Assembly: GCA_964057225.1 (NCBI GenBank)
Contig: OZ059898.1
Span: 16,306,001 to 16,370,000, forward strand
DNA length: 64,000 bases
Source of the DNA: Auanema rhodensis
Lineage: Eukaryota > Animalia > Nematoda
Direction of reading: 5' to 3'
Part shown: piece after piece, positions 52,608 through 64,000 of the stretch
How the letters are laid out: every line of letters starts with the position of its first letter
How positions within the stretch are numbered: position 1 is the stretch's first letter
The notes under the pieces: generated by a model
The model's database searches: none
Seen by the model: only the letters and a program-made list of their open reading frames with translations
Told to the model about the DNA's origin: nothing
Position numbers and translations under genes: made by a program

Positions 52608-53519
52608 ATTAGAAACTGTTCTTCGAAAACTATAATAGAAAGATTGAAAATAATATTTGAAATGTTTTTTTTTTTGAAAGTTCTCATTTATAATTCAATT
52701 GTCCTAGTTATAAGATTAGATAAGATAGGTTAAGCTTATTATAACTTCAAGACAACTGGTTTGAGTACACAATTCGACAAAAAAAAAAGAAAAATGTTGA
52801 AAATCATTATAGAATTTAATATTGAACGACAATCGTGATGATGACCAAAAGAAAATAATTTGGAAACAAAAATGCTGAATACAATATCGGAGAACAAGTC
52901 CTTTCTCCACCATCACTGTTGTCGCACTCACATTAGTATTTTCCTCATTCATCTTCATCGTCATGTTCTACAACTACTTTGACTTTTTCATCTTTTTTTT
53001 GGAATTCAACAGAAGGTCAAGCGGCAAAAACTCATTATTCTGGCCATTTCGGTTATATTAGTATTTCATAAAGTATCTTTTTGAAAAATATTAGTGAATA
53101 TTTGCAGCGTATTATACGACGAAAAAAAATCTTGACTGAAGCAAAGTTAAAGTACTGCATGTTTGCAGAAAAAACGAAATAGATAACGAAAAGGGGAAGA
53201 GAAAGAGAAACATGAAAAAGAAGAAAGAGGAGGAGAAGAAGAAGGCGACGACAACGACTACGACGACGACAGATTTTAGAGGTGTGATCGGCAAGAGAAT
53301 AAGCGATCACATTGTCGACGAGCATGTCGTTGTCGTTGGCCTTCTCTCATCGGATTTGTTTGGGAACGTAATCCGAAAAGTCCTATACTATTTGACTTAA
53401 CTGAAAGATGAGACTAAACGTGTTAGAAGTTAAAAAGAAAAATTAAAAGTTTGTCAGTTAACGGAGTCACACATTTTTAGACAATAGGCTGTCAATTCAA
53501 TGTTAGTTTTCAAATTTTT

Positions 53520-53660
53520 CCTCATTCTTTCATCTTCTATCTCTTCTATCTTGTATTTCTCTCTTTATCTTTTGTACTCTCTTTTTCTTTCTCTTCTTCT
53601 CTCCTTCTCTTCTTCAATCTATCTCTCTCTCTCTCTCTCTTTCTTTTTCTCTCTCTTTTT
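53520..53660 (+). repeat. CT-rich low-complexity tract with (CT)n
   Basis: Pyrimidine-rich run ending in ctctctctctctctctct. It explains the spurious L/S/F-rich ORF at 53500-53748. Confidence 0.85.
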
Positions 53661-56600
53661 CAATATCTCTAGGTTTTTTCTTCATAAGGATAGAATTATA
53701 TGGATAAGAGTATATGAAGCTATGTTTTGCGATCTTTTATTATTTTAAAATTTGACAAAACTCAAACTATAGAATTTGGTTTTGTTACCATTTAAAAAAA
53801 ATAGTAGAAAATTAAAAAGTACGTAGTTATATATGTATGAATGTACTAATTGTGAGAATCATAAGGAATGTTGAGAATAGATTATAAATATGAAATATTT
53901 TTCAGATTCATGCTGCATGGACGAATTTATTGAATTGGAAGAATAAAAGGTAATGAGATAATATGAAATGCTCAAATGGTTGTGAACTAGAAGAACTCTT
54001 GTTGCCGAATGTCAATAGTATCCAGCAGGCCTCTATCAAAGAAAGCAATTAACTAGTGTTGGCTTCAAAGGTGTGCCCGGAAATGTGTGAGACATACACA
54101 GAGCAATTGAGTAGTGCGTCGAAATGGCAGATGAGAAAAGTCAAAGTTAGTAAAAGAATACTGAAAAGATTTAGAAACACTGATGTGAACTTAGCTTTTG
54201 AAAACAGCCAAAAGATTCGAAAATGGGTAGATGTAACTATGAGCAAGTTGACAAGTATGAAGCCTAATAAATAGTTGAAGAGAAGAAGAAAATTACAACT
54301 GTTCAGTTTATGTTCGAAAGTGAAAATAAAGTATTTCGTACTGCACTTATGTCTCGTTTTACTTATTTGGGAAGAAAGTCACGTGCAATTAGGTCTGTAA
54401 GAGTTAAAAAGAAAACCGAAATAAAGAAAATAGCAATTCAATTGGTCCACAAGAATACAGAAGCAGGTGAATGAGAATATATCCTGTACATACATACATA
54501 TATCTATGCAGTAGAAGTTTGAAAAGGTGATGCAGTAAAAAAACTTCAAATGGATGGAGCTCATCTATTCAGCTCGTCGGCAATCGGTAGTTACATAGAT
54601 GGTAGGGTGAACAAATAAATCAGACAAATCAAGCAAGCTCTGTCGCCCATATACATATGTATGAATTTGCTATTTATGGAGTGACTAAAAAAGGCATGGA
54701 GAGAGAAAAACGTCGTCTGATCATATGGAGCCCATCGACATCGCTCGAGGAAATCTTGAGAAAAGGATACCAGACACAGTTAAATATCGAATTTCGCTCT
54801 TCACAAGAGATTTCAAATATGTGCACCAATGCTATGCACATCGTCATTTGGTTCTTCCTTAAGCAACTTTAAGGAAATAGAAAATTCTCTTTCATTCATC
54901 TCAACTAGAAGATCGAGAATCATCAGAATTGTAATCAAATTACAATAGAATTTCATGAAATATCATACTCCTTGTTGGAAAAGGTACAAGATGGAAAAAC
55001 AATCGAAACATACATAATGCATAAGAAATACTTCAAAGCAAATAATTAGATTTAAGAGCTTAAAAAGCTTCGAGATCAATCTTTAATCACTTGTTCTGTC
55101 GTCTATTTGTCCTAGAACTTCATTTTTATATCCGAACATTGTTGCAAACATCATGTACATATTTCTTTTGATTTCGAGAATTTTTTTAAAGAATACCTTA
55201 GATGATTAGTAGTAAATAGAGAAGATAAAAAGTATTAAATAATAGAAATAAAATAATAATTTCACATCAACTAGAAAGGTTTTATAATTTGAGATGTTTG
55301 AGTTTAAAATCCTAATTAAGTAGCTTCATATGATAATTTATACGTAGAATTATGTATGAGAGAATATACTACAAGGTTATAAGTACTGAAGATTCATTGT
55401 CTTTTTCAATTAATATTAAATTTTTATCAAAAATGATGAATATGTTGGTTCAAATGATTTCATATAGTACAAATATAGTTCTGAAAAGTTTCTTTTTAAA
55501 ACTTGTTTTTGAAACTTAAAAATAAACTTTTTTTTGTCATATCATGCATTGTATATGTATTAACCTATAGAAGACATTTTATATAAAAAAATATTGTTTT
55601 ATATACTTTTGAAAATAAAAAAAAAAGAATTTTCATATGATTTTACTTCAAATATTTACTAGTAACTAATATAAAATAGAGCAAAATATATTATTTATGT
55701 GAATAAAATTATAAAATCAGTAATACTAGTAGGGACAAGCCTTTGACTTTAAGCAACTATTGGGCAGTATATGAAACTTAGCAAATAGCTTAATCGACTT
55801 TCATCTCGACAGTCATATTACATGCGAAGTTAAATAAAAAGTTCTGATATATCATGAAACTAAATCAAAAATCAAAGGAAATTATAAATTTTAATTGTTA
55901 TATGTTATCTTAATATTAATTCAAAACTTTATAAATTTTTAATTAAATTCGAAAATGATTATGACAAGAACCTTTTAGAATTTTTTTAAAGTTATCATGT
56001 TTCCTATTTTCTTTAATAGATGATCAAGAAATTTGTGCATCCCCACTTCGCAACTGTTGGTAGCATATGATCCTGCTTCAAAATATCTTGATTTTTAGAG
56101 AAACAACTTAAATTCACAACATATGTTTAATCCCTTAAACGTTTTTTTATTGAAATATTGGTTTTTCTAATACCACATGTGTTTAATTATTTTTGGGCCT
56201 ATCGTCGACATTTGTTCATATAAACTTGTATGCACTTGAATAAACTGAAGAGAGAAATACAACAAAATCTCCAAATTTACAAATATCTGAACAAACAAAG
56301 AAAAATTTTGAAATGTTCATAAACTTTCTAAATTATTATTTTTAGTATTTCTTTTCAAGACATTTATTCAAAATAAATGTTGTTGTTTTAAGTTTTCTCA
56401 TAGGAGATAATAAATTCTTAACAAACAACTCTAAAAAATCTGTTTTTCCTCATTTTATTGCTAATCACTATGTACTTTTCAGGTTTCTTAACATGAGTAA
56501 GAAAGAGAAAAGGAGAAAATAAAGCTTCAATATTTCAAATAAACAATAGTTTTGAAGATGTAGACACTACAAATATAGATAAATGATGTAAAATTTCAAA

Positions 56601-57186
56601 AATTATTTAATATAAATATAAAAAATAATTTTTAATAACTTTATCTGTTATCAATTTCTTCAGTTTTAATAAAGAAATTGAGGAAGATAAGGAAAAAGTC
56701 ATAAAAATATGATAAATGATAATTTTTATTGAATTGTTTTCGAATTATTTATAATTAATAACTTTTTTTTAATTACTTTAAATATTCTATATTTTAATAT
56801 TATAATTAAGAAATTTGTTCTACTAAATACATAACATATAAGCAAAAAATTTAACTTTATTTTTATATTTTGAATTGAAGAAGGAGATCAAAGTGATTAA
56901 ACAATATCATAAAGATCATACATCATGCTAATCGTGAAGATTTGAAACAAATACGATTCAAAAAATATATGTGAAGCAAAATTCGGATTTAAATGAAAAT
57001 GATCAAATCACATGAATTCAAAATTCGAAATTAATTAAAATCAAAAAAATAAAACTTTCAAATAATTTGAGTTGGGGGCACTGGTATTGTCAAAATTAAA
57101 TTCGTTCTGGTTGCAGGATATCTATTCAAATAAATTTATTAGAACATGTTTATTATAGTATATGATATTTTGAACTTCTGTCTAAC

Positions 57187-57189
<3 letters not shown>

Positions 57190-57237
<48 letters not shown>
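57190..57237. repeat. (TA)n microsatellite
   Basis: About 24 TA units seen directly. Confidence 0.95.
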
Positions 57238-57239
<2 letters not shown>

Positions 57240-58703
57240 ATTTGACAGGTTTTTCAAAATAATAAAGAAAAATACTTTTAAAAAAATTGTTAAATTCTCC
57301 TGCTTTACTAAACTGGCACTCGCATAATTACTTCCGGAGATTGAAATTCGTTTGTTGAATTTATGGCCAAAGCTTTGCTTAATTTTTAATTTTTTTTTCT
57401 TTTTTTTTACAGATTTCGCATAAAAAAATAAATTTCAGGAAATGAATTGCTAATGTTCTTTGTCATAATCTGATTTGATCAATTGAGGTTTGCACACTCG
57501 TTTAGCTTCATTCTCAATGAACAGTTTTTCTAAGAAGCATCAGGGGACTGACAAAAATTTCTAATTGCAACGTTCTCAAACGCTCAGTTTCGAAGAGAAA
57601 AGCTTATTATTGTCTGATCTCGTATATTATTCCTTTTCGCTCTAATTTTTACAAAAAGCTTTTCGATAAAAATTGTTTTTCATTGTGAAATGAAAACATC
57701 CAATCACCAACAACTGATTGCATCTTCTTCTCTCAAGTTCAAAGTCTCCAGAGGGAATGTGATCTTCTTGAAAAAGATAGTTGTCAAGTAAACGTAGACA
57801 CCCTAAACCCAAATTAAAAATTATGACTTAGTTGCTCATAAAACGTTTCCGGTCTTAATATGCTTCAACAAAAGCAATTAGAAACAACTTGAATTGGTCA
57901 TCAGATATAAACTTTGAAAGCATATTTTCGTTGTATTTGCACTTCAAGGAAAAAAATCAATCTTTTGATGTATGGTCCTCTACGTAATTTTCATGAAATG
58001 TCCATGGTTCAGATTATATAAAACTTCGTCTATCAAAACAGTATCGATAGGCAGATGGAAAGACTCTGATGTTTGTATCAGTTACAGCTTTGATGTTTTA
58101 AATTTATGTCAAAGAATTGTATGAATGAGTAGATTACATCATATCTTATCATACTTGTTATCAATGATTCTAAACTAAATATGATAGCAAAATACGTTTA
58201 TCTCCTGTAATTCATAAGCCACTGTGAGGCAGTTATAGGCAGTTACTTCGACACGGTATCAACAGTTCTTGATGACCCAATTACAACAAATACTGCCCTG
58301 TTGCTACTTTCCAATTAAGACTTGCATTACTTGCACATGACCTTTTCTTCAACTTATTGAATATTATGTTAATTTTTTTTTATTTGAATGTTGACAATTA
58401 AAAAACTTGATCATATGAAAATATCAAATTAATTCAAAAAGAAATTCTTAATATTTCTAAAAATATATACTAGTTGTTCACAATGTTTTAATGTTCACAT
58501 AAGTTATGGATATTCTTAAAGCAATTCAGGTGATATCACCTGAGAAAAAAAACATTTCCTATCTGATAGAAAGAATAATTATTTTTCTCTTATGTATCCT
58601 ATAAACTTCTTTTGGAACAGTTGCTTGTGGGATATGTGAACATAGATATTGCTTTACACTTATTTTTGAATTTCCCTGACCCCATTATATGTTTCATCGT
58701 GCA

Positions 58704-59633
58704 ATGATGAGGCTCTCCTATATGTTTATGCTTACAAGTTTTGTCATCATTCAGGTTTGCATTTTCTTTTTAATTACTAAAAGTTATTAAACAAATATCA
58801 TCACTTTATTTAAGATGGCAGCTGCTAATCAAATTCCTGACAAGTTCTTTGGACGTTTTGTCCTAGAAAAAAGTGAAAACTTCGATGAATTCCTTGCAGC
58901 TAAAGGTAATATTAACTAGCTCTGAAAACCCTTGAATTCAATAAAATAGGAGTTGGTTGGATTTTGAGAAAAATGATTCAATTAGCCAGCATAACTAAAG
59001 TTATCTCCAAAGGTGATCAGGACGGAAAGTTCGTTGTGTCAGCTAAACAAAACTCTAAGTACTTATTCTAGATTCAATATGGAGAACTTGACTTCAAAGA
59101 AAAATACCAAATATCATAATTGGGAATTAGGAAAATCTTTTGAAGATGAAGGATTTGACGGTAATAAGCATAAGGTTTGTTCTTTTTTTGGAATGAAACT
59201 GATGTATATTACGAAAGTATTGGAAATATTGGAAAATTGCGTTCAAGCGCACTTTGAAATTTGAAAAACATTAGCAAGCTTCATGAGTTCGATCCGCATA
59301 ATGGAACAGGTTAACTTGAGGACCTGTTCCACGGAGAGCACTTATTCATGAAACAAATAATAATTTGCAACATCTCAAAGTATTTTAGATCACGTTTAAC
59401 TTCAACGATGATACTTTGACTGAGCATCATATCCGTTTGAATGATCCCAATGACAAGGGGGAAACTTACTTCTTTACCATAGATAATAACGATAAGCTTG
59501 TCCTAGTCAGTTTTATTTTTCACTTATTTTACACATTTATCTGTTGAACTTTACAAGTATATTTTGTTTTCAGAAAATGGAAAATAACGGAATCACCTGT
59601 AGACGTTGGTTCAAGCGTGATACCAAGAACTAA
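58704..59633 (+). CDS. lbp-3: Secreted nematode fatty-acid-binding protein (nemFABP), LBP-3-like, 6 exons
   Basis: Exons 58704-58754 (alternative in-frame ATG at 58689), 58815-58905, 58950-59028, 59072-59174, 59389-59505, 59574-59633(TAA). Protein: MMRLSYMFMLTSFVIIQMAAANQIPDKFFGRFVLEKSENFDEFLAAKGVGWILRKMIQLASITKVISKGDQDGKFNMENLTSKKNTKYHNWELGKSFEDEGFDGNKHKITFNFNDDTLTEHHIRLNDPNDKGETYFFTIDNNDKLVLKMENNGITCRRWFKRDTKN. It carries the FABP signature SENFDEFL, and NMENLTSKKNT, EHHIRLNDP and NNGITCRRWFKR match C. elegans LBP-3 as I recall it. AATAAA at 59686-59691. Confidence 0.93.
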
Positions 59634-59968
59634 AAAAAGAAGCAATTACAAACTTTAATTATTTTCATTTTGTACATGAAATTACAATAAAATTCAAAAT
59701 CATTACTTTTTTTCTCTCATAACAAATTCTTTAAACCATGTGATTATATGTAATCCGACATTGAACAAATCAATTATTATATTTAGTTCAAATTACCAAA
59801 ATACGAATCATTACATCCTCATAACGATTCCGTGATAGATCGTTGCTAGATCAAACGTTGGGATATTTGGAGGGAAGAACTATGGTCTATTACAACAATA
59901 ACACATTCTGGGCGGAGTCGTCAATCTAAAGAGTTTTGAAAGATTCAGTCTCATCCCTGAGTTCAATC

Positions 59969-60876
59969 ATGAACGGTTTATCTATTCTTCTAATTGCTTT
60001 CTTTGCCGGAGTTGCTTACTCTGTTGTAAGTTTTTATTTATCTTGTATTATATAAATTGAAAATGAATACGATAGTAAGCATATCAAGATCGTGTTTGAA
60101 CATAACTATCATCATTAGTTTTTATTATTATATTTGATAATAAATAGAAATGATTCTAGGAACTACCAGAGAAGTTCTACGGTAAATTCGACCTCGACCA
60201 TTCCGAGAACTTCGACGAGTACTTGGAAGCTAAAGGTTTGTAACGTTTTGCAACTGCAGCTTGATGTGGTAATGTATTGCCATATTACAATACATTTAAA
60301 AATGTGTTAATTAAGCGACAGCTGCTGCTGTTCTAAGACAGCCAACAGCAGATCGTGCTATTTGCAACGTTACTGATCTTATTATGTTTTCTTTTATGTA
60401 TTTTAACAGGTTTTATGTGAAATTTTGTTTCAGGTTACACCTGGTTTACTCGTAAACTTGTCACATTCGCTACTTTCAAGAAGGAGTTCACTAAGGGAAA
60501 TAAGCCAGGAGTTTTTGATTATGCCAACTTGACTTCCAAGAAGGATGTTCACTATAATGTAATATAAAATAAGCTGAGTTTAGCAAACTGTTTCTTCAGA
60601 ATGTTGAAATTGGAAAGGAATTTGTTGGTGAAGGATTGGACAGTACCAATCATAAGATTACCTTTGTTCTTAATGGAAACAAGCTTACCGAGAAGCACGT
60701 TCCCACTGAGAAGGGAGAGGCCAAGGATGAGTCTTATGACTATACTTTCGTAACTCAGAATGACAAAGAATACCTTCTTGTTGTAAGTGACCTTATTGAT
60801 TCTCGAAATAGTTTTCTATTTTCAGACTATGGAAGCCAACGGAGTTGTTGGAAAGCGCTACTACAAGCGTGTATAA
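59969..60876 (+). CDS. lbp-1: Secreted nematode fatty-acid-binding protein, LBP-1/LBP-2 (As-p18)-like, 5 exons
   Basis: Exons 59969-60025, 60160-60235, 60434-60558, 60600-60782, 60826-60876(TAA). Signal peptide MNGLSILLIAFFAGVAYS, then VELPEKFYGKFDLDHSENFDEYLEAKGYTWFTRKLVTFATFKKEFTKGNKPGVFDYANLTSKKDVHYNNVEIGKEFVGEGLDSTNHKITF...TMEANGVVGKRYYKRV. I cannot distinguish lbp-1 from lbp-2 by eye. AATAAA at 60956-60961. Confidence 0.93.
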
Positions 60877-61621
60877 GGATTGAATCATTGAAAATATTCA
60901 TTCATTACATATTTCATTATAATGACCATTCTATGTTTAAAAACATTCGATCATGAATAAAGATATCATGACTTAAAATTTTTATGTTTATTCTGAAAAA
61001 TAATAGAAGAATCTTTATAAATATCATAATTAATAGAAAATCTGAGGAACAACAGTTCATTCGTGTTTAAATTATAGTAAATAATATATATTTCTGTTCA
61101 TACAGTATATCATTGACAACTATAAACAAGAGCAAATTTACAAATGAATTACGAAAAAGCACGTGAACTATACTTCAAGTCATATTTAATATTTCTAATA
61201 TTATATTATATTCTTAATGAAAACATATATTTAAATAATTAACTAAACCTCAAATGAATATACTGTACCAATGGATATGTCTTGTTGTTGTCTGTTGAAG
61301 CATTTTCTTTTTTTTTTACAAAAAAAAGTTTTTGCTTAAAATCTCTGAAGGTTTTTCAAAATTTAGAATCTAACATAAGATAGTTTATATCTTTCGTTTC
61401 TTTTTCATATTTTCGTATTGAAAATATTCGAAATATATATAAATTTAGTTTGTATGCATCGAGATATTATAGATATGATATATAGATTGTTTCGTCAAGA
61501 AATGAAAAAGTTGTTTTCCACGAATTTATCATAAAAATTGTTTTCTCCTCACATTTACTTTGGAAACTCCATTTTTCTGTTTATTTTCTTTGTATTTTAC
61601 TTCTGATTCTGTTTTAGACAA

Positions 61622-61623
<2 letters not shown>

Positions 61624-61652
<29 letters not shown>
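61624..61652. repeat. (TA)n microsatellite
   Basis: Seen directly. Confidence 0.9.
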
Positions 61653-61655
<3 letters not shown>

Positions 61656-62853
61656 ACTCAATAAACATATATATATTTGTATGTTCTCAATGTCTTTGAA
61701 GCTGTGACATGACAACCTCTTATTATTCTTTTATCCGCTATTAAAATATAAATCAAATTTTCTTATATTCCTTTCGGCAACATAATAGTTGTATTTCTTA
61801 CTTGCTAAATTAACATAAACTATAATAGCAAAGATAAAACTTTAGTGGCTTTGCTGACGTCATCGTTCTATATAGAACTATTGAAACACAAGAAGCTTAC
61901 TCTTTCTGCGATTTACAAGCATTTTTTAACGTTTCTTTGCACATAGTTGATTAAGAAATTGCGTCATCAAAAACATATTTAAGAAAATTTTTATTTGCTG
62001 CAAATATTTAAAAAAATTCACAGCTGACTTTTCAGTTCATTATTTTGTCTCAATATTCCTTACTGCCTCTTGTTCTTTTCATCTTTGTTAACAACTAATT
62101 TTTGTTATAATATAATATTTCTGTATCAAATATCCATTTTCAGCATTTCTATTCTCTGTATTGAAAGAAAAATTTACCCTCCGCCTGAAAATTGTATTTC
62201 GTTGTCTCGACTTCATACATCACAACTCAGCAGCTTTCATTTGCTCCGTTTCCATAACCAAACAAGCTATAATTTTCCATCCGTCGGTTTCAAACGCCTC
62301 GCGAAATCACACATAGTTTTCTCTTTTATTCGTTATTTTTTGGAATATAATTAAGTGTTGAGCATGCTTTCTTCGGGATTTAAACGTTTTACAATTCAAT
62401 TACAACTAGTTTTTTCTTTGTACATGTGAAAAGGGTACTGAGATTTGATCATTACATGTTCACCGAACAGTCAATGTACATCTGCTTCACAGAAACCTAT
62501 TATCATATCATCTAAATCGCTTCATATAAATAACTTCCTTTTTAATTTTTTGAATTTGCTTGATAATTGTTCTTAGAATTTAGGAAAACAGAAAATAATA
62601 ATCATAAAAACATTGTAACATCAAAGCTAAAATCCTCGCGCGTGAGAATTTTTATACGTCAAAACGAGCCATTTGATTCACACAGTGGAGAAAAATCGGA
62701 AAGTTTGAATGCTTTGCTTAATGATCTCAAAGTTTCTGCTACAAATTCGAGGATTTTCTTTCATTAAGAAATATAATTAGATAGACTACTACAGCATGTT
62801 TGAAACGTCAGCTCCACCTATTCCAACAACTCCACCCTTTTGACGTGTGATTG

Positions 62854-62854
<1 letters not shown>

Positions 62855-62895
<41 letters not shown>
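62855..62895. repeat. (TA)n microsatellite
   Basis: Seen directly, followed by TG/TA low-complexity sequence. Confidence 0.9.
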
Positions 62896-62899
<4 letters not shown>

Positions 62900-63243
62900 G
62901 TGTGTATATGTATATGTATATACATATATATGTATTTCTCACCTGACAACCATTTTCTAATTATATTTATGTTAGTTTGTGATACAGATTCTTGTTACTT
63001 ATTTATATAGATATTTAGATTAACAAATCGATAAAACATTATAACTTTGAAAAATAAAAATTTGTTGATGAGTAAATTAGATAGATATGAATTATGTTCC
63101 TTAATTGTGTCGCGTATTATTGCTCATTTGTGGCTTAATCTTCCTTCTGCTTCTAATTTGATTGTTTTGTCGCTCTTTTCATTCGCCTACTTCTATGAAA
63201 TTTGCTTTATTTTTCTAACCATATCTGGTCCCTAGGATGCTCA

Positions 63244-63908
63244 ATGGATTGTTATAATGCGACTATCAGTTCTGGAGATTTTGCGTGGGTATGGATTGAT
63301 ACAATTGGAATTCTTCTAACTTTACCTGTAACTTCAATATTCTTAATCAAAGCTACATATCAAACGAAGAATCTACATAAGAACTATAGGCTTATTATTA
63401 TACAAATTTGTCTGTTATTCCTCACGAGGACTATATATCAAGCATTAACTAATATATATTTTCTTGTAAGTTTGTTTAAACAAACTAAATTTTTGAATTT
63501 GCATTATTGTCAGTATGGTTATCACATTAACATCAATTGCTATTGGATAGTATGGCCTTCTAGAGCATTTTTCTTCATCATTTTAACAGCTATTCCCTTT
63601 CTAATCATGGAACGAGCATTTGCCACATATCTTTTCTCGAAATACGAGAAAAACAAATATTGCAAATGTATAGCTTATGCCGTTATAATGCTTCAGGTAC
63701 AAAATCCCACTTCATATCTTTTCGTTTTTCACGAATGTAATCATTCTAGATAATTTGCCCATGTTTTCTTTTCATTGATGACGTCGAATATGTTCAAAAT
63801 TTAGCTTGTTCTAGTCACTATACTTTAATTATTTCACTTCTGGCTCTATGTCAATTTTCTTCTCTTCCCATATCGCTTTTTCTTCATAAGATTAACTCAC
63901 GAATACGA
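63244..63908 (+). CDS. Nematode serpentine chemoreceptor, Sra superfamily (sra/srab/srb/sre-like), 3'-partial
   Basis: Exons 63244-63465, 63514-63696, 63750-63908, then donor gtaagt; the gene continues beyond the window. Successive hydrophobic helices with LHKNYRLII (HxN motif after TM1) and IMERAFATYLFSKYE (ERxxATxxxxxYE motif after TM3), typical of this superfamily. The first intron is 48 nt and stop-free, which is why the ORF track reads through it. Confidence 0.82.
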
Positions 63909-64000
63909 GTAAGTTCAAATTTATTTTAAAAATGTAATGAACACACAAGCTATGTACTTCCACCATGAAGATTATAAATGCTTCAATGCTCTCTATAAAA

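Noticed and set aside
47455-54872. Short ORFs of 60-95 aa in the intergenic region
   Set aside because: They are translations of AT-rich, GA/CT or trinucleotide low-complexity DNA, with no homology recognised and no coherent splice chain.
57430-58130. Possible minus-strand exon fragments (e.g. CLRLLDNYLFQEDHIPSGDFELERRRCNQLL)
   Set aside because: I could not join them into a stop-free spliced frame and recognised no family. BLASTx would be needed to exclude a pseudogene.

Overview
AT-rich eukaryotic DNA that reads as nematode: many 41-70 nt GT-AG introns, TTTCAG/TTTAG acceptors, and nematode-type gene families. From left to right it holds the 3' part of a CD36/scavenger-receptor class B gene (+, 239-2327), a ~39.8 kb tandem array of a 130-bp monomer (~305 copies, 2881-42637), and a ~1.5 kb unique segment. 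That segment ends in a well-formed minus-strand Pol II promoter (heat-shock element, GC boxes, TATA, Inr; 43969-44162) that points into the array and has no long ORF behind it. Next come a 10-exon Trissin-receptor-like neuropeptide GPCR (-, 45234-47126), ~11 kb of mostly non-coding DNA with microsatellites, two tandem secreted fatty-acid-binding protein genes (lbp-3-like and lbp-1/2-like, +), and the 5' part of an Sra-superfamily chemoreceptor (+). There are two stand-out observations. (1) The heat-shock promoter, short unique leader and giant repeat array resemble Drosophila hsr-omega or HSF1-driven satellite transcription. (2) On the + strand the 130-bp monomer parses exactly into a 58-nt GTATG...TTTAG intron plus a 72-nt stop-free phase-0 exon (KINQDDSGSEDSLDKSNQELGSYL), with an in-frame ATG before the array and a stop codon after it. 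Both are hypotheses from sequence alone. All splice models were parsed by hand and no database search was run.
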